61,960 bases of DNA from an uncultured Pseudomonadota bacterium. GTDB lineage: Bacteria > Pseudomonadota > Alphaproteobacteria > RF32 > CAG-239. The position numbers were made by a program, and so were the translations under genes. Shown here one piece after another: positions 35,912 through 45,021 of this stretch. Each line of letters opens with the position of its first letter. Within the stretch, counting starts at the first letter, position 1. The notes beneath the pieces are model-generated. The model saw only the letters and a program-made list of their open reading frames with translations. It was not told the DNA's origin and did not search any database. The stretch is from positions 1 to 61,960 of the forward strand of contig CABUWG010000004.1 in assembly GCA_902495305.1 (NCBI GenBank). Direction: 5' to 3'.

Positions 35912-36406
35912 ATGGAAAGTTGGTTTTTATTATTGTCTTTGGGATTAGCAATTCTGACAATCGGGAACATTATTGCCTTTTTTGTTATGATGCAGCGTTA
36001 TTTTGTAATCAGCAGCAAAACATATGTTATTGCTTCATTGCTGATGATTGCTTTTTATTTGTTTGTTTCATTATCGGTGTCTTTTTTGCCGGAACGGGTG
36101 ACGCATTTGGAAGACGGGCTGAGCTTTTTGTTGCTTATGGCCTTTCTTGCGACCGGACTGCTCAACTTATATGTTCTGGGTTTCAAAATGATTGATTTGG
36201 ATAAGGTCTATGATTTTGAGATGGAAAAAGTCAAAAAAGGCTGGGTATACGGCTCTTTTAGTATTTCGGGCTGTTTGTTTAAGCAATGGCGTTTTGACGT
36301 GAAGCTGCCTGAAATTGACTATTTTGATAAAAACAGGTTGTATACCAGAATCAAAATCAGCAAGTTTGATATTTTTAATGACAGTCTGACTGCCGAAATT
36401 GTCTAA
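35912..36406 (+). CDS. hypothetical membrane protein, paralog A (164 aa)
   Basis: I chose the ATG at 35912 because the track start 35822 lies inside the terminator. It has about 3 TM helices plus a ~60-aa tail. It aligns with the next ORF (FVISSKTY/FVISAEDF; DLDKVYDFE/DWQKVYLFE). Confidence 0.55.
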   Translation: MESWFLLLSLGLAILTIGNIIAFFVMMQRYFVISSKTYVIASLLMIAFYLFVSLSVSFLPERVTHLEDGLSFLLLMAFLATGLLNLYVLGFKMIDLDKVYDFEMEKVKKGWVYGSFSISGCLFKQWRFDVKLPEIDYFDKNRLYTRIKISKFDIFNDSLTAEIV

Positions 36407-36423
36407 TCTAAATTATAAAGTTT

Positions 36424-36921
36424 ATGGAAAATGGTTTTGACTGGCTTGCAATATTTGTGTTATTGCTGCCGATACTTATTTTTTTGGGACTGTCCGTTAT
36501 CTGGGAAATGAAATTTGTTATCAGCGCAGAGGATTTTTCTTTGTTTTTGCCGATGACAGGGTTGTTTTTGGCGGTGCCGCTGATGATGGACATTTATAAA
36601 ATGTTTACAATGACGGATGTTGGATTTGTTTTTGGCATTTCGGCCGTTCTGCTGGTCTTGGCTTATTGGATAATGCTGAGGATTTTTCGCTTTAAGCTGT
36701 TGGATTGGCAAAAGGTTTATCTTTTTGAAGCTGACGGCTATGGGTGGGATTGTCTGAGCGGCGATTTGACAGAAGGAAAGTTCAAATTCCGGGCTTTGCT
36801 GGAGGAGGTTTCTCATGCGCAGGATTGCAGAGGGCGGGTTTTTCTTGTTAAGATTAAGAAAATCTGTCTTTTTGACTTCTTTCCGGTGAGGTTGCAAAAA
36901 GAAAGTTCATCCGACAGGTGA
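36424..36921 (+). CDS. hypothetical membrane protein, paralog B (165 aa)
   Basis: Same architecture as 35912..36406. Confidence 0.55.
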   Translation: MENGFDWLAIFVLLLPILIFLGLSVIWEMKFVISAEDFSLFLPMTGLFLAVPLMMDIYKMFTMTDVGFVFGISAVLLVLAYWIMLRIFRFKLLDWQKVYLFEADGYGWDCLSGDLTEGKFKFRALLEEVSHAQDCRGRVFLVKIKKICLFDFFPVRLQKESSSDR

Positions 36922-36929
36922 ATTATAAA

Positions 36930-36962
36930 AGCGTTCGATTCTAAAATCGGGCGCTTTTTTTT
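36930..36962 (+). terminator. intrinsic terminator after the paralog pair
   Basis: 11-bp stem (36930..36940 with 36945..36955), 4-nt loop and a run of 8 T. Confidence 0.7.
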
Positions 36963-37551
36963 CGATTCCATAAATATTTTTGGATTCGTAAAGCAATTTT
37001 TAACCAAGATGAATCAGAAAAACGAAAGAATCGAAAAAATTTTTAAATCTTTCTTTTTATATCTTTTGTGTAATTTCAAATTGTTAGTAGAAAATCGAAT
37101 CGAAAACGAATCCGGCTGTTAATAAAAATTTAAATCTTAACGTTTAGCCTTGGCAAGTGAAAAGGTATCATTATTTAAATTACAAACATATATTATGGAA
37201 GCATTATTAGGTGGAACTCGATAAATTGTCGGAAAGAATGTCCAGAATGGCTGTTACCGGCAAAAAAACATTTAACGAACTCAGATTGATCCCCTGACTT
37301 GGTTAAAATGTTTGGTATAAATACGTAGAGAGAGTTTGTCTGCAATAGTTTTTATTTCAGGCTTGTGTCTTTCCTCTCGATGTTGAAATGTGGAAAAATA
37401 ATGCCTCGGGCGTTGCTTTTCCGGACTGCGGATTCTTTTGGGTACCGCTTAATTATTGTACTTTTATATAGTATGTTTTGTCAGAAAAGTCTCGTATTTG
37501 GCTGATTGCGGGATGGTGATACATATACAGGTTTTAGGCTTAAAATTTTGG

Positions 37552-37589
37552 AAAAAAAGGTTCTTAAATGCGCAAAAGAACCTTTTTTT
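37552..37589. terminator. bidirectional terminator-like hairpin
   Basis: Stem aaggttctt/aagaacctt, flanked by an A-run (37552..37558) and a T-run (37583..37589). Confidence 0.5.
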
Positions 37590-37663
37590 ATGTTTAAAAT
37601 ATTGACTTTGCTTTCTTTTGTTTTAAACTGGCAGGCAGAAAATAATTATTAATTTTTAAGCTT

Positions 37664-37813
37664 ATGACAGGATTTATTTGGGGCGTTATTATTTTTTGTC
37701 TGGTTGTTTTTGTTTTATTTGCTTATGCCGTTTATCGCACGGACGTGTGGCGTGTGTATGATGCCGAGCATGGTTTGTATGAGAAAAAGAAATCTAAAAA
37801 TGTAAAAGTATGA
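37664..37813 (+). CDS. candidate mini-protein, single TM (49 aa)
   Basis: Not in the ORF track (under 60 aa). It reads MTGFIWGVIIFCLVVFVLFAYAVYRTDVWRVYDAEHGLYEKKKSKNVKV. Its stop overlaps the next ATG (ATGA). RBS is weak. Confidence 0.35.
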   Translation: MTGFIWGVIIFCLVVFVLFAYAVYRTDVWRVYDAEHGLYEKKKSKNVKV

Positions 37814-37950
37814 AAACATTTGTTCTTTTGGTGATTGGCAGCGCTTTTGTGGTACTGCTGGCCGTCGGTGCTTATTTTTTATATTACGGCATCGGGCGGA
37901 TATTTAAAAACAAACCGGATGAGTATTTTGACAGAGATGCAGAGTACTAA
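37810..37950 (+). CDS. candidate mini-protein, single TM (46 aa)
   Basis: It reads MKTFVLLVIGSAFVVLLAVGAYFLYYGIGRIFKNKPDEYFDRDAEY. It is translationally coupled to the previous mini-ORF and followed by a terminator. Confidence 0.35.
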   Translation: MKTFVLLVIGSAFVVLLAVGAYFLYYGIGRIFKNKPDEYFDRDAEY

Positions 37951-37985
37951 AAACCGGCGGCTTGTCTGACCGGTGCGTGTTATAA

Positions 37986-38016
37986 AAGGCGGCAGATTGT
38001 TCTGCGGCCTTTTTTT
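37986..38016 (+). terminator. intrinsic terminator after the mini-ORF pair
   Basis: Stem aaggcggcag/ctgcggcctt (one mismatch) followed by 7 T. Confidence 0.55.
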
Positions 38017-38130
38017 GTTGTAAAAAGCCCTTGAAAAATAAAAATAATTGTTGTACAAAGAGCTGTCTGTCGGGGCACCCCTGGAGGCGCCGCAGATAAA
38101 ATCAGATTAATTTTTTAAGGATTTTTGAAA

Positions 38131-38418
38131 ATGGAAATTACTTTTAATGCGCAAAAGCGTGAGAAAGCAGGTAAGGGGGCAGCTCGTGCATGTCGTCGTG
38201 AGGGCCGTATTCCTGCCGTTATTTATGGCGGAAAACAAGAGCCGGTTATGATCAGCCTGCATCCGGTTGAGCTTGAAAAAGCTTTGAATACTGCCGGTTT
38301 TTACCAAGCTGATATCAAAATTGTTTTGGACGGCAAAACAATTTCGGTTGTTTGTCAGGATGTTCAATTCCATCCGGTTTCTGATATGCCGATTCACGTT
38401 GACTTTCTTAGAAAATAG
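38131..38418 (+). CDS. rplY: 50S ribosomal protein L25, short form (95 aa, no CTC C-terminal domain)
   Basis: MEITFNAQKREKAGKGAARACRREGRIPAVIYGG... with AAGGA RBS 9 nt upstream of the ATG at 38131. Confidence 0.85.
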   Translation: MEITFNAQKREKAGKGAARACRREGRIPAVIYGGKQEPVMISLHPVELEKALNTAGFYQADIKIVLDGKTISVVCQDVQFHPVSDMPIHVDFLRK

Positions 38419-38465
38419 TTTTTAGGTTTTCTATTACTATTTCAAAGATGTTTTTGTAAAATGAA

Positions 38466-38492
38466 GGGAGTCCGGCGACTCCCTTTTTTTTT
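38466..38492 (+). terminator. intrinsic terminator after rplY
   Basis: Stem gggagtc/gactccc with loop cggc and 9 T. Confidence 0.7.
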
Positions 38493-38505
38493 GAAAGAAA
38501 ATTTG

Positions 38506-39081
38506 ATGTTTTTGATTGTCGGTTTGGGAAATCCGGGGGCTGAATATGCCGGAACCCGTCATAATGTGGGGTTTCTGGCTGCGGATTGTTTGTATGAAAA
38601 ATTTGGGTTTTCTCCTTTTAAGGCAAAGTTTGACGGGCTGATTGCCGAGGGTAAAATTGCCGGTGAAAAAGTCTTTTTGCTTAAGCCGCAGACCTATATG
38701 AATTTGTCGGGCAATTCGGTTGTCAAAGCGGCGAAGTTTTATAAAATTCTGCCTGAAAACATTGTTGTTATTCATGATGACATGGATTTGCAGCCCGGAC
38801 AGTTAAAAGTTAAAACAGGCGGCGGAGCCGGAGGGCATAATGGCCTGAAGTCGATTGATGCGGCAATTTCGCCGAATTATCACCGTATCCGTATCGGGGT
38901 CGGACATCCGGACGGAAAAGGCGAGGCGGTTGTCAGCCATGTTTTGAGCCGTTTTTCCAAAGCAGATGCACAACAGATTGAGCAAAACATTGCCCTGATT
39001 GCCGATACGATTGATATTTTACTGAAAGACGGAATGGCGGCTTATTCCAACAAAATCGGCATGTTGCTGAAAGCCAGATAA
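38506..39081 (+). CDS. pth: peptidyl-tRNA hydrolase
   Basis: MFLIVGLGNPG...TRHNVGF. I used the ATG at 38506 because the track start 38461 lies in the terminator. Confidence 0.93.
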   Translation: MFLIVGLGNPGAEYAGTRHNVGFLAADCLYEKFGFSPFKAKFDGLIAEGKIAGEKVFLLKPQTYMNLSGNSVVKAAKFYKILPENIVVIHDDMDLQPGQLKVKTGGGAGGHNGLKSIDAAISPNYHRIRIGVGHPDGKGEAVVSHVLSRFSKADAQQIEQNIALIADTIDILLKDGMAAYSNKIGMLLKAR

Positions 39082-39156
39082 AATACTCCTTGAAAAAACT
39101 TTATTTTTCAGCTAAAACTCTCCTCAAGTTTATCAGGATATTTGAGGAGTTTTTTT

Positions 39157-40269
39157 ATGGGATTTAACTGTGGTATTGTCGGTTTGCCGAATGTCGGAAA
39201 ATCGACGTTGTTTAATGCTCTGACCCAGACGATTGCGGCGCAGGCGGCAAATTTTCCGTTTTGTACGATTGAGCCCAATACGGGGCGGGTTGCCGTTCCG
39301 GACGAGCGTCTGGATACTTTGTGCAGGATTGTCAATCCCAAAAATGTTGTTCCGACACAGCTGGAATTTGTTGATATTGCCGGTTTGGTTAAAGGCGCTT
39401 CCAAAGGCGAAGGGCTTGGTAACCAGTTTTTGGCCAATATTCGTGAAACAGATGCTATTATCCATGTTTTGCGCTGTTTTGATGATGACAATATTACTCA
39501 TGTCGAAGGTTCGGTTGATCCGATCCGCGATGCCGAGATTGTGGAAACGGAATTGATGATTGCCGATTTGGAATCTTTGGAAAAGCGTTTTGATCAGCTT
39601 GAAAAAAAGGCAAAAACGGGCGGTGACAAAGAAGCGCAGCTCCGTGTGGCGGTGATGAAGCCGATTATTGCGGCCCTGAGAGAAGGAAAACCGGCAAGAA
39701 CAGCGGCTCCCGATCCGGTGGAGAAAGATGCTTATAAGCAGTATAAAATGTTGCAGCTGCTGACGTCCAAGCCGGTTTTGTACGTTTGCAACGTGGATGA
39801 GTCTTCAGCGGCAACAGGCAATAAATATTCTGAAACGGTTATGAAGAAAGCCGAAGCCGAAAAAGCGCAGGCCGTTATTATCTCTGCAGAAATCGAATCG
39901 GAAGTTGCCCAATTGGAAACAGAAGAGGAAAAGAAAGAATTTTTGGATTCTCTGGGGTTGGACGAGTCCGGTCTGTCTAAAATCATCAAGGCCGGATACA
40001 AGCTTTTGGGATTGGAAACCTATTTTACGGCCGGACCGAAAGAAGTTCGTGCCTGGACTTTTCTGAAAGGTTCAAAAGCGCCGCAATGCGCCGGCATTAT
40101 CCATTCTGATTTTGAGCGCGGGTTTATTCGGGCGGAAACAATTTCTTATGACGATTTTGTGAAGTTTAACGGCGAGCAAGGATGTAAGGAAGCCGGAAAA
40201 ATGCGTTCCGAGGGTAAGGAATATGTTGTTCAGGACGGAGATTTGCTGAACTTTTTGTTTAACGTTTAA
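39157..40269 (+). CDS. ychF: ribosome-binding ATPase YchF
   Basis: MGFNCGIVGLPNVGKSTLFNALT with a TGS-like C-terminus. Confidence 0.95.
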   Translation: MGFNCGIVGLPNVGKSTLFNALTQTIAAQAANFPFCTIEPNTGRVAVPDERLDTLCRIVNPKNVVPTQLEFVDIAGLVKGASKGEGLGNQFLANIRETDAIIHVLRCFDDDNITHVEGSVDPIRDAEIVETELMIADLESLEKRFDQLEKKAKTGGDKEAQLRVAVMKPIIAALREGKPARTAAPDPVEKDAYKQYKMLQLLTSKPVLYVCNVDESSAATGNKYSETVMKKAEAEKAQAVIISAEIESEVAQLETEEEKKEFLDSLGLDESGLSKIIKAGYKLLGLETYFTAGPKEVRAWTFLKGSKAPQCAGIIHSDFERGFIRAETISYDDFVKFNGEQGCKEAGKMRSEGKEYVVQDGDLLNFLFNV

Positions 40270-40287
40270 GATATTTTATTTTTTTGC

Positions 40288-40323
40288 AAAAGCCCCGAGG
40301 TTTTGTCTTTCGGGGCTTTTTTT
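40288..40323 (+). terminator. intrinsic terminator after ychF
   Basis: Stem aaagccccg/cggggcttt followed by a T-run. Confidence 0.7.
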
Positions 40324-40329
40324 GACGTA

Positions 40330-40358
40330 TTGACAAAAAATCCGGATTGCGTTATAGT
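40330..40358 (+). promoter_or_regulatory. near-consensus sigma70 promoter
   Basis: TTGACA (40330..40335), a 17-nt spacer and TATAGT (40353..40358). Confidence 0.55.
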
Positions 40359-40391
40359 GAAGGGCGAAAAAATATTATTAAAACTATAGAT

Positions 40392-40688
40392 ATGGAATTA
40401 AAAGAAAAAATCGGAATGCAAATGACACAGAGTCAGACTCCGGATTATAATCAGGTTGAGAAAGCGGTAGAAGAAGCGATTGAACTTGCTTTTGGCAAAA
40501 TTTTGGCGTTGGACAGTCTTTATTGCGAGGGAATGACGCCGGCAATGGCCAGTTTTCATAAGACAAAAATGGCTTTGGTTTTGCTGAGAAAGTTTGATTT
40601 GCAGGAAAGCTGCCGGATTGTTGAACATTTGGAATCCGGAAAGGACTGGATTGTCTATTTGTGTGGTAAATTAAATGTTAAATACTAA
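40392..40688 (+). CDS. hypothetical protein (98 aa)
   Basis: I used the ATG at 40392 because the track start 40347 overlaps the -10 box. It shares a VEE..(L/S)AFGK N-terminal motif with the next ORF. Confidence 0.5.
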   Translation: MELKEKIGMQMTQSQTPDYNQVEKAVEEAIELAFGKILALDSLYCEGMTPAMASFHKTKMALVLLRKFDLQESCRIVEHLESGKDWIVYLCGKLNVKY

Positions 40689-40703
40689 AAAAATTATTAT
40701 TGT

Positions 40704-41162
40704 ATGAGAACAAAGGAACAAGTTGAAGAATTAGTTGTTTCCGCCTTTGGCAAAATGGTGAATATGGAAGCAAACCTGTCTGTAAAGGTTTATCCGCAGA
40801 AAAGGGAATTGTTTGTCAGAACTTTGCAGGTTGTTTTTAATGATTTGCGTTTGCGAAATTCCCACAATATGGTAACATTACAACAATTTGCCGACCTTAT
40901 TTATGCCGAAGAAGTTAAGAAGCAGGAATTCTTTGAAAATGTTCGAAAGAGGATTAATGAAATAACCAAGCAGAATTATGCTCCGGACAGCATAATTTTG
41001 AAAGAAAAAGATGAAAATTCTCTGGAGTTTTTCTTTGACTTTTCAAAGATAATCAATCCCCTGACCAAGGAGTTTGGTTTTTCGGCGCCGTATACGGTTA
41101 TGCTTCGTTGCCGGACGCCTTATCAGCTGGCGGATTTGTTTTATCGTCGCGGACGGTTCTGA
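40704..41162 (+). CDS. hypothetical protein (152 aa)
   Basis: ORF followed by a terminator. Possible distant paralog of 40392..40688. Confidence 0.55.
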   Translation: MRTKEQVEELVVSAFGKMVNMEANLSVKVYPQKRELFVRTLQVVFNDLRLRNSHNMVTLQQFADLIYAEEVKKQEFFENVRKRINEITKQNYAPDSIILKEKDENSLEFFFDFSKIINPLTKEFGFSAPYTVMLRCRTPYQLADLFYRRGRF

Positions 41163-41172
41163 AAATTTTTGC

Positions 41173-41210
41173 AAAAGCGAGTTGCCTTTATCGGGCGGTT
41201 CGCTTTTTTT
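41173..41210 (+). terminator. intrinsic terminator
   Basis: Interrupted stem (41175..41186 with 41194..41205, several G-U pairs) followed by 7 T. Confidence 0.55.
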
Positions 41211-41271
41211 GTTGCCTTAAAGCTGCTTTTGTTGTAGCAAAAGCTTATTATGTGCTTTGAGGAGAAAAGAA

Positions 41272-41754
41272 ATGAGATTGGCGCTTTTTCAGCCGGATAT
41301 TCCGCAAAATACCGGAACGCTGCTGCGTTTGGGAGCTTGCGTGGATGTGGAGCTTGATATTATCGAACCCTGTGGTTTTGTTTTTTCGGAAAAGGCTTTG
41401 AAACGTGCCGGAATGGATTATCTCGATTTGGTAAAATACCGGCGGCATGATTCCTGGAAAGATTTTTTGCATTATCGTGCCGGACATCCGGAAGAATACG
41501 GCCGTCTGGTTTTGTTGACGACTCATGCCAGCAAACCTTATACGGAATTTGAGTTTCTGCCGAATGATATTATTTTAATGGGACGGGAAAGTGCCGGCGT
41601 GCCGCAGGAGGTTCATGACATGGTTGACGCCCGTTTGCTGATTCCGATGAATGAAAAAGCGCGTTCGATTAATGTGGCGGTTTCGGCCGTCATGGTTATC
41701 GGCGAGGCTTTGCGGCAGACAAATCTGTTTCCGGCAGTGAGGAGACAGCCGTAA
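41272..41754 (+). CDS. trmL: SpoU/TrmL-type tRNA 2'-O-methyltransferase
   Basis: MRLALFQPDIPQNTGTLLRLGA... with a SPOUT knot region (GRESAGVP...IPM...RSINV). Confidence 0.85.
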   Translation: MRLALFQPDIPQNTGTLLRLGACVDVELDIIEPCGFVFSEKALKRAGMDYLDLVKYRRHDSWKDFLHYRAGHPEEYGRLVLLTTHASKPYTEFEFLPNDIILMGRESAGVPQEVHDMVDARLLIPMNEKARSINVAVSAVMVIGEALRQTNLFPAVRRQP

Positions 41755-43027
41755 GCGGAAAACGGCGGGTGAGGTAAAGTAATACCAGCAATCCGGGGAC
41801 GGCCATTACGGTTGTGGCGATGAAAAACGGACTCCAGCCAATGTGCTGAACCAACCAGCCGGAGGAGGAAGCCAAGACATCGCGCGCCAAGCTCATCAGA
41901 GATGACAAAAGGGCGTATTGGGTGGCGGTGTACTGCCGGTTGCATAAAGACGAGATATAGGCAACAAAAGCCGCTGTTCCCATGCCGCCGGTGACGTTTT
42001 CGACCGAGATTGTTAACGTCAGCATATAAAGGTTGTTGCCGGCATAAGTCTGAGCAACATAAATCAGATTGGACAGTCCTTGCAATATTCCGCAGAACAA
42101 CAGGCCGCGGGTCAGGCTCATTTTATTGAGGAGCATGCCGCCGACAAGCATTCCGGCAATCGTGGCAACTGTACCGTAAATTTTGGTTATGGTCGCAATT
42201 TGGGAATAGCCAAAGCCCATGTCTTTATAAAAAAGGTAGGCCATCGGGCTGATGTAGGCGTCGCTGAGGCGGTAGAGCAGAATAAATAACAGAATCCATG
42301 TCCAGCCGGGGCGTGTCATAAAATCTTTGAACGGGCAGATAACCGCGCTTTGAAAAAACTTACGGAAGCGGGCTGCAGAAGAAAGGTTTTTGTCAGAAAG
42401 ATATTCCGGCGTTTCGGCTTGGGGTTCCCTGATTGACAGAACGGCGGCCAGACCGATGAGGATTCCGCCCGACATGACGGCATAGACATGGTTCCAGCTC
42501 ATAACGTCAGCCAGATATAAGGCGCCGGCGCCGGAGAAAATAAACCCGAGGCGGTAGCCTAAAATAAAAGTTGCCGAGGCTGCGGCTTGTTCCGATGTTT
42601 TGAAGTTTTCAACCCTGTAAGCGTCAAGAACAATATCCTGTGAGGCGGAAGATATGCATAAAATGAGGGTCAATACCGCCATTAATGACGGATTTTCGGC
42701 CGGATTGGTTAAAGACATGGCAAAAACAGACATCCCTACCAGCAGCATTGTCAACAGTGACCAACTGCGGCGGCGTCCCAAAAAAGACAGCCCCGGTACC
42801 GGCAGGCGGTCAATGAGCGGCGACCATGCCCATTTGAAGCTGTAAGGGGTTTTGAGCAACGAGAAAGTGCCGATGACGGCCAGCGGCAGTCCGGCTTCGC
42901 CCAGCCACAGGCTCAGAGTGTTAAAAACCAAGGGAAAAGGAAAACCGCTGGAAAAACCAAAGGCGACCATTACCAGCATGCGGCGGTCGAGATATATTTT
43001 GGCGGCGGAGAGAATTTTTGCAAGCAT
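41696..43027 (-). CDS. ampG: MFS muropeptide permease AmpG-like
   Basis: 443 aa, about 12 TM, with an AmpG-like N-terminus (MLVMVAFGFSSGFPFPLVFNTLSLWL). Its 3' end overlaps the trmL 3' end by 59 nt. Confidence 0.85.
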   Translation of the reverse strand: MLAKILSAAKIYLDRRMLVMVAFGFSSGFPFPLVFNTLSLWLGEAGLPLAVIGTFSLLKTPYSFKWAWSPLIDRLPVPGLSFLGRRRSWSLLTMLLVGMSVFAMSLTNPAENPSLMAVLTLILCISSASQDIVLDAYRVENFKTSEQAAASATFILGYRLGFIFSGAGALYLADVMSWNHVYAVMSGGILIGLAAVLSIREPQAETPEYLSDKNLSSAARFRKFFQSAVICPFKDFMTRPGWTWILLFILLYRLSDAYISPMAYLFYKDMGFGYSQIATITKIYGTVATIAGMLVGGMLLNKMSLTRGLLFCGILQGLSNLIYVAQTYAGNNLYMLTLTISVENVTGGMGTAAFVAYISSLCNRQYTATQYALLSSLMSLARDVLASSSGWLVQHIGWSPFFIATTVMAVPGLLVLLYLTRRFPLTAVSSLPETDLSAAKPRR

Positions 43028-43149
43028 CTTTGTTCCTTTTGTGCCAGTATATTCTTGAATGTCTTAAAACAGTTTTAATGCCGCTATTGCATAAATGAAA
43101 AATTTTAACTACATAATGAGTATTGTGAATATTAAGATAAGGAAGAATC

Positions 43150-43677
43150 ATGACTACAATTTTGTGCGCACGCAGAGGTAATGAAGTTGTTATGGGCGGG
43201 GACGGGCAGGCTACGCTCGGCGAGGCCGTTATATTTAAGGCGAATTCCGTAAAAGTAAGAAGAATCGGCAACGGGAAGATTATTGCCGGTTTTGCCGGTG
43301 CGGCAGCGGACGGCATTACGCTGATAGAGCGCTTGGAAGCCAAACTGGAAAAACATGCCAATCAGCTTAAGCGGGCAGCGGTAGAACTGGCGAAAGACTG
43401 GCGCATGGACAAGTATCTGCGCCAATTGCAGGCTTTTATGATTGTGGCGGACAAAGATGTGTCGTTGGTGATTTCCGGTACCGGAGAGGTTATGGAACCG
43501 GATGACGGAATTATCGGAATCGGTTCCGGCGGAAATTATGCCATGGCCGCGGCAAAGGCGTTGTATGACGTGGACGGGCTGCCGCTTGAAGATATTGTGC
43601 GCAGGGCTTTGAAAATTGCCGGCGATATTGATGTTTATACCAATCATAACGTGATTATTGAAAAGATAGAAAAATAG
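43150..43677 (+). CDS. hslV: ATP-dependent protease subunit HslV
   Basis: MTTILCARR...GGDGQ with N-terminal Thr nucleophile, 175 aa. Confidence 0.95.
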   Translation: MTTILCARRGNEVVMGGDGQATLGEAVIFKANSVKVRRIGNGKIIAGFAGAAADGITLIERLEAKLEKHANQLKRAAVELAKDWRMDKYLRQLQAFMIVADKDVSLVISGTGEVMEPDDGIIGIGSGGNYAMAAAKALYDVDGLPLEDIVRRALKIAGDIDVYTNHNVIIEKIEK

Positions 43678-43693
43678 AAAGGTTTTACAGAAC

Positions 43694-45013
43694 ATGACAG
43701 CAGCAACTACATTCAGCCCGAGAGAGATTGTTTCGGAATTAGACCGCTTTATCATTGGCCAGCAGGAGGCGAAGAAAGCCGTTGCCGTTGCCTTGCGCAA
43801 CCGCTGGCGCCGGATGCAGCTGCCTGAAAAACTGCGGGAAGAAATTGTGCCGAAAAATATTTTGATGGTCGGTCCGACCGGTGTGGGCAAAACGGAGATT
43901 TCACGCCGACTGGCCAAGCTGGCAAAAGCGCCGTTTATTAAGGTCGAAGCGACCAAGTTTACCGAAATCGGTTATGTCGGACGGGATGTGGAAAGCATTA
44001 TCCGTGATTTGGTGGAAATTGCCTTGCACAGCGAGCGGGACAAACAGCGTAAGACCATGGTCGTCAAGGCCGAAGCGGCGGCAGAAGAAAGAGTGTTGGA
44101 CGCTTTGGTCGGAGATAATGCCGGTGAGGAAACGCGTCAGAAGTTTCGCAAGTTGTTGCGGGAGAATCAGTTAAATGATCGGGAAATTGAAATAAAAGTT
44201 TTGGATAATTCTAATGCCAGCATGCCGACGATTGATATTCCGGGGATGCCGGGGGCTTCAATGGGCATGATCAGTCTGGGCGATCTTATCGGCAAACCGT
44301 TCGGCGATAAATATAAGACCAAGAAAATGAAAGTCGGCGATGCTTATAAGGTTTTGGTTGACGAAGAAAGCGACAAGCTGATTGATGACGAGGCCACAAC
44401 TCAGGCTGCGATTAAGGCCGTGGAGAATGACGGCATTGTCTTTATTGACGAGATAGACAAGATTACCGGACAGGACGAGCGCCACGGCGGCGATGTTTCG
44501 CGTGAGGGTGTGCAGCGCGACTTACTGCCGCTGATTGAAGGAACGACGGTTTCTACCAAATACGGTATGGTTAAGACCGACCATATTTTGTTTATCTGTT
44601 CCGGTGCTTTTCATTTGGCCAAACCGTCGGATTTGCTGCCGGAACTGCAAGGGCGTCTGCCGATAAGGGTCGAGCTGAAGGCTCTGACGCATGAAGATTT
44701 TGTCCGAATCCTGACCGAACCGGAGGCGAATCTGATTGAACAGTATGTGGCTTTAATGGGAACGGAGAATTTGTCTTTGGAATTTGAAAAAGAAGCCATT
44801 GACAAGATTGCCGACGTTGCCGTTCAGATTAACGAGAATGTCGAGAATATCGGTGCCCGCCGCCTGCACACGGTTTTGGAGGTTTTGCTGGAGGACATCA
44901 GTTTTGAAGCCTCAGAAAAAGCCGGAGAAAAGATAGTCATTACGCCGGCAATGGTGGAAGAGAAGCTTTCTAAATTTACGCAGGCGTCCGATTTGTCCCG
45001 CTTTATTTTGTAG
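43694..45013 (+). CDS. hslU: ATP-dependent protease ATPase subunit HslU
   Basis: Walker [11 protein letters not shown], 439 aa. Confidence 0.97.
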   Translation: MTAATTFSPREIVSELDRFIIGQQEAKKAVAVALRNRWRRMQLPEKLREEIVPKNILMVGPTGVGKTEISRRLAKLAKAPFIKVEATKFTEIGYVGRDVESIIRDLVEIALHSERDKQRKTMVVKAEAAAEERVLDALVGDNAGEETRQKFRKLLRENQLNDREIEIKVLDNSNASMPTIDIPGMPGASMGMISLGDLIGKPFGDKYKTKKMKVGDAYKVLVDEESDKLIDDEATTQAAIKAVENDGIVFIDEIDKITGQDERHGGDVSREGVQRDLLPLIEGTTVSTKYGMVKTDHILFICSGAFHLAKPSDLLPELQGRLPIRVELKALTHEDFVRILTEPEANLIEQYVALMGTENLSLEFEKEAIDKIADVAVQINENVENIGARRLHTVLEVLLEDISFEASEKAGEKIVITPAMVEEKLSKFTQASDLSRFIL

Positions 45014-45021
45014 CGTTTGCA

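Noticed and set aside
36931-36956. tRNA T-arm-like string GTTCGATTC.
   Set aside because: It forms the stem of the intrinsic terminator after the membrane-protein pair. No acceptor stem, anticodon arm or cloverleaf can be drawn.
36963-37663. Possible pseudogene or ncRNA in the 700-bp gene-free stretch.
   Set aside because: Only very short ORFs (under 40 codons) are present, with no recognisable protein remnants. I could not draw a convincing conserved RNA fold from a single copy. It is left unexplained apart from the 8-mer cluster reported above.
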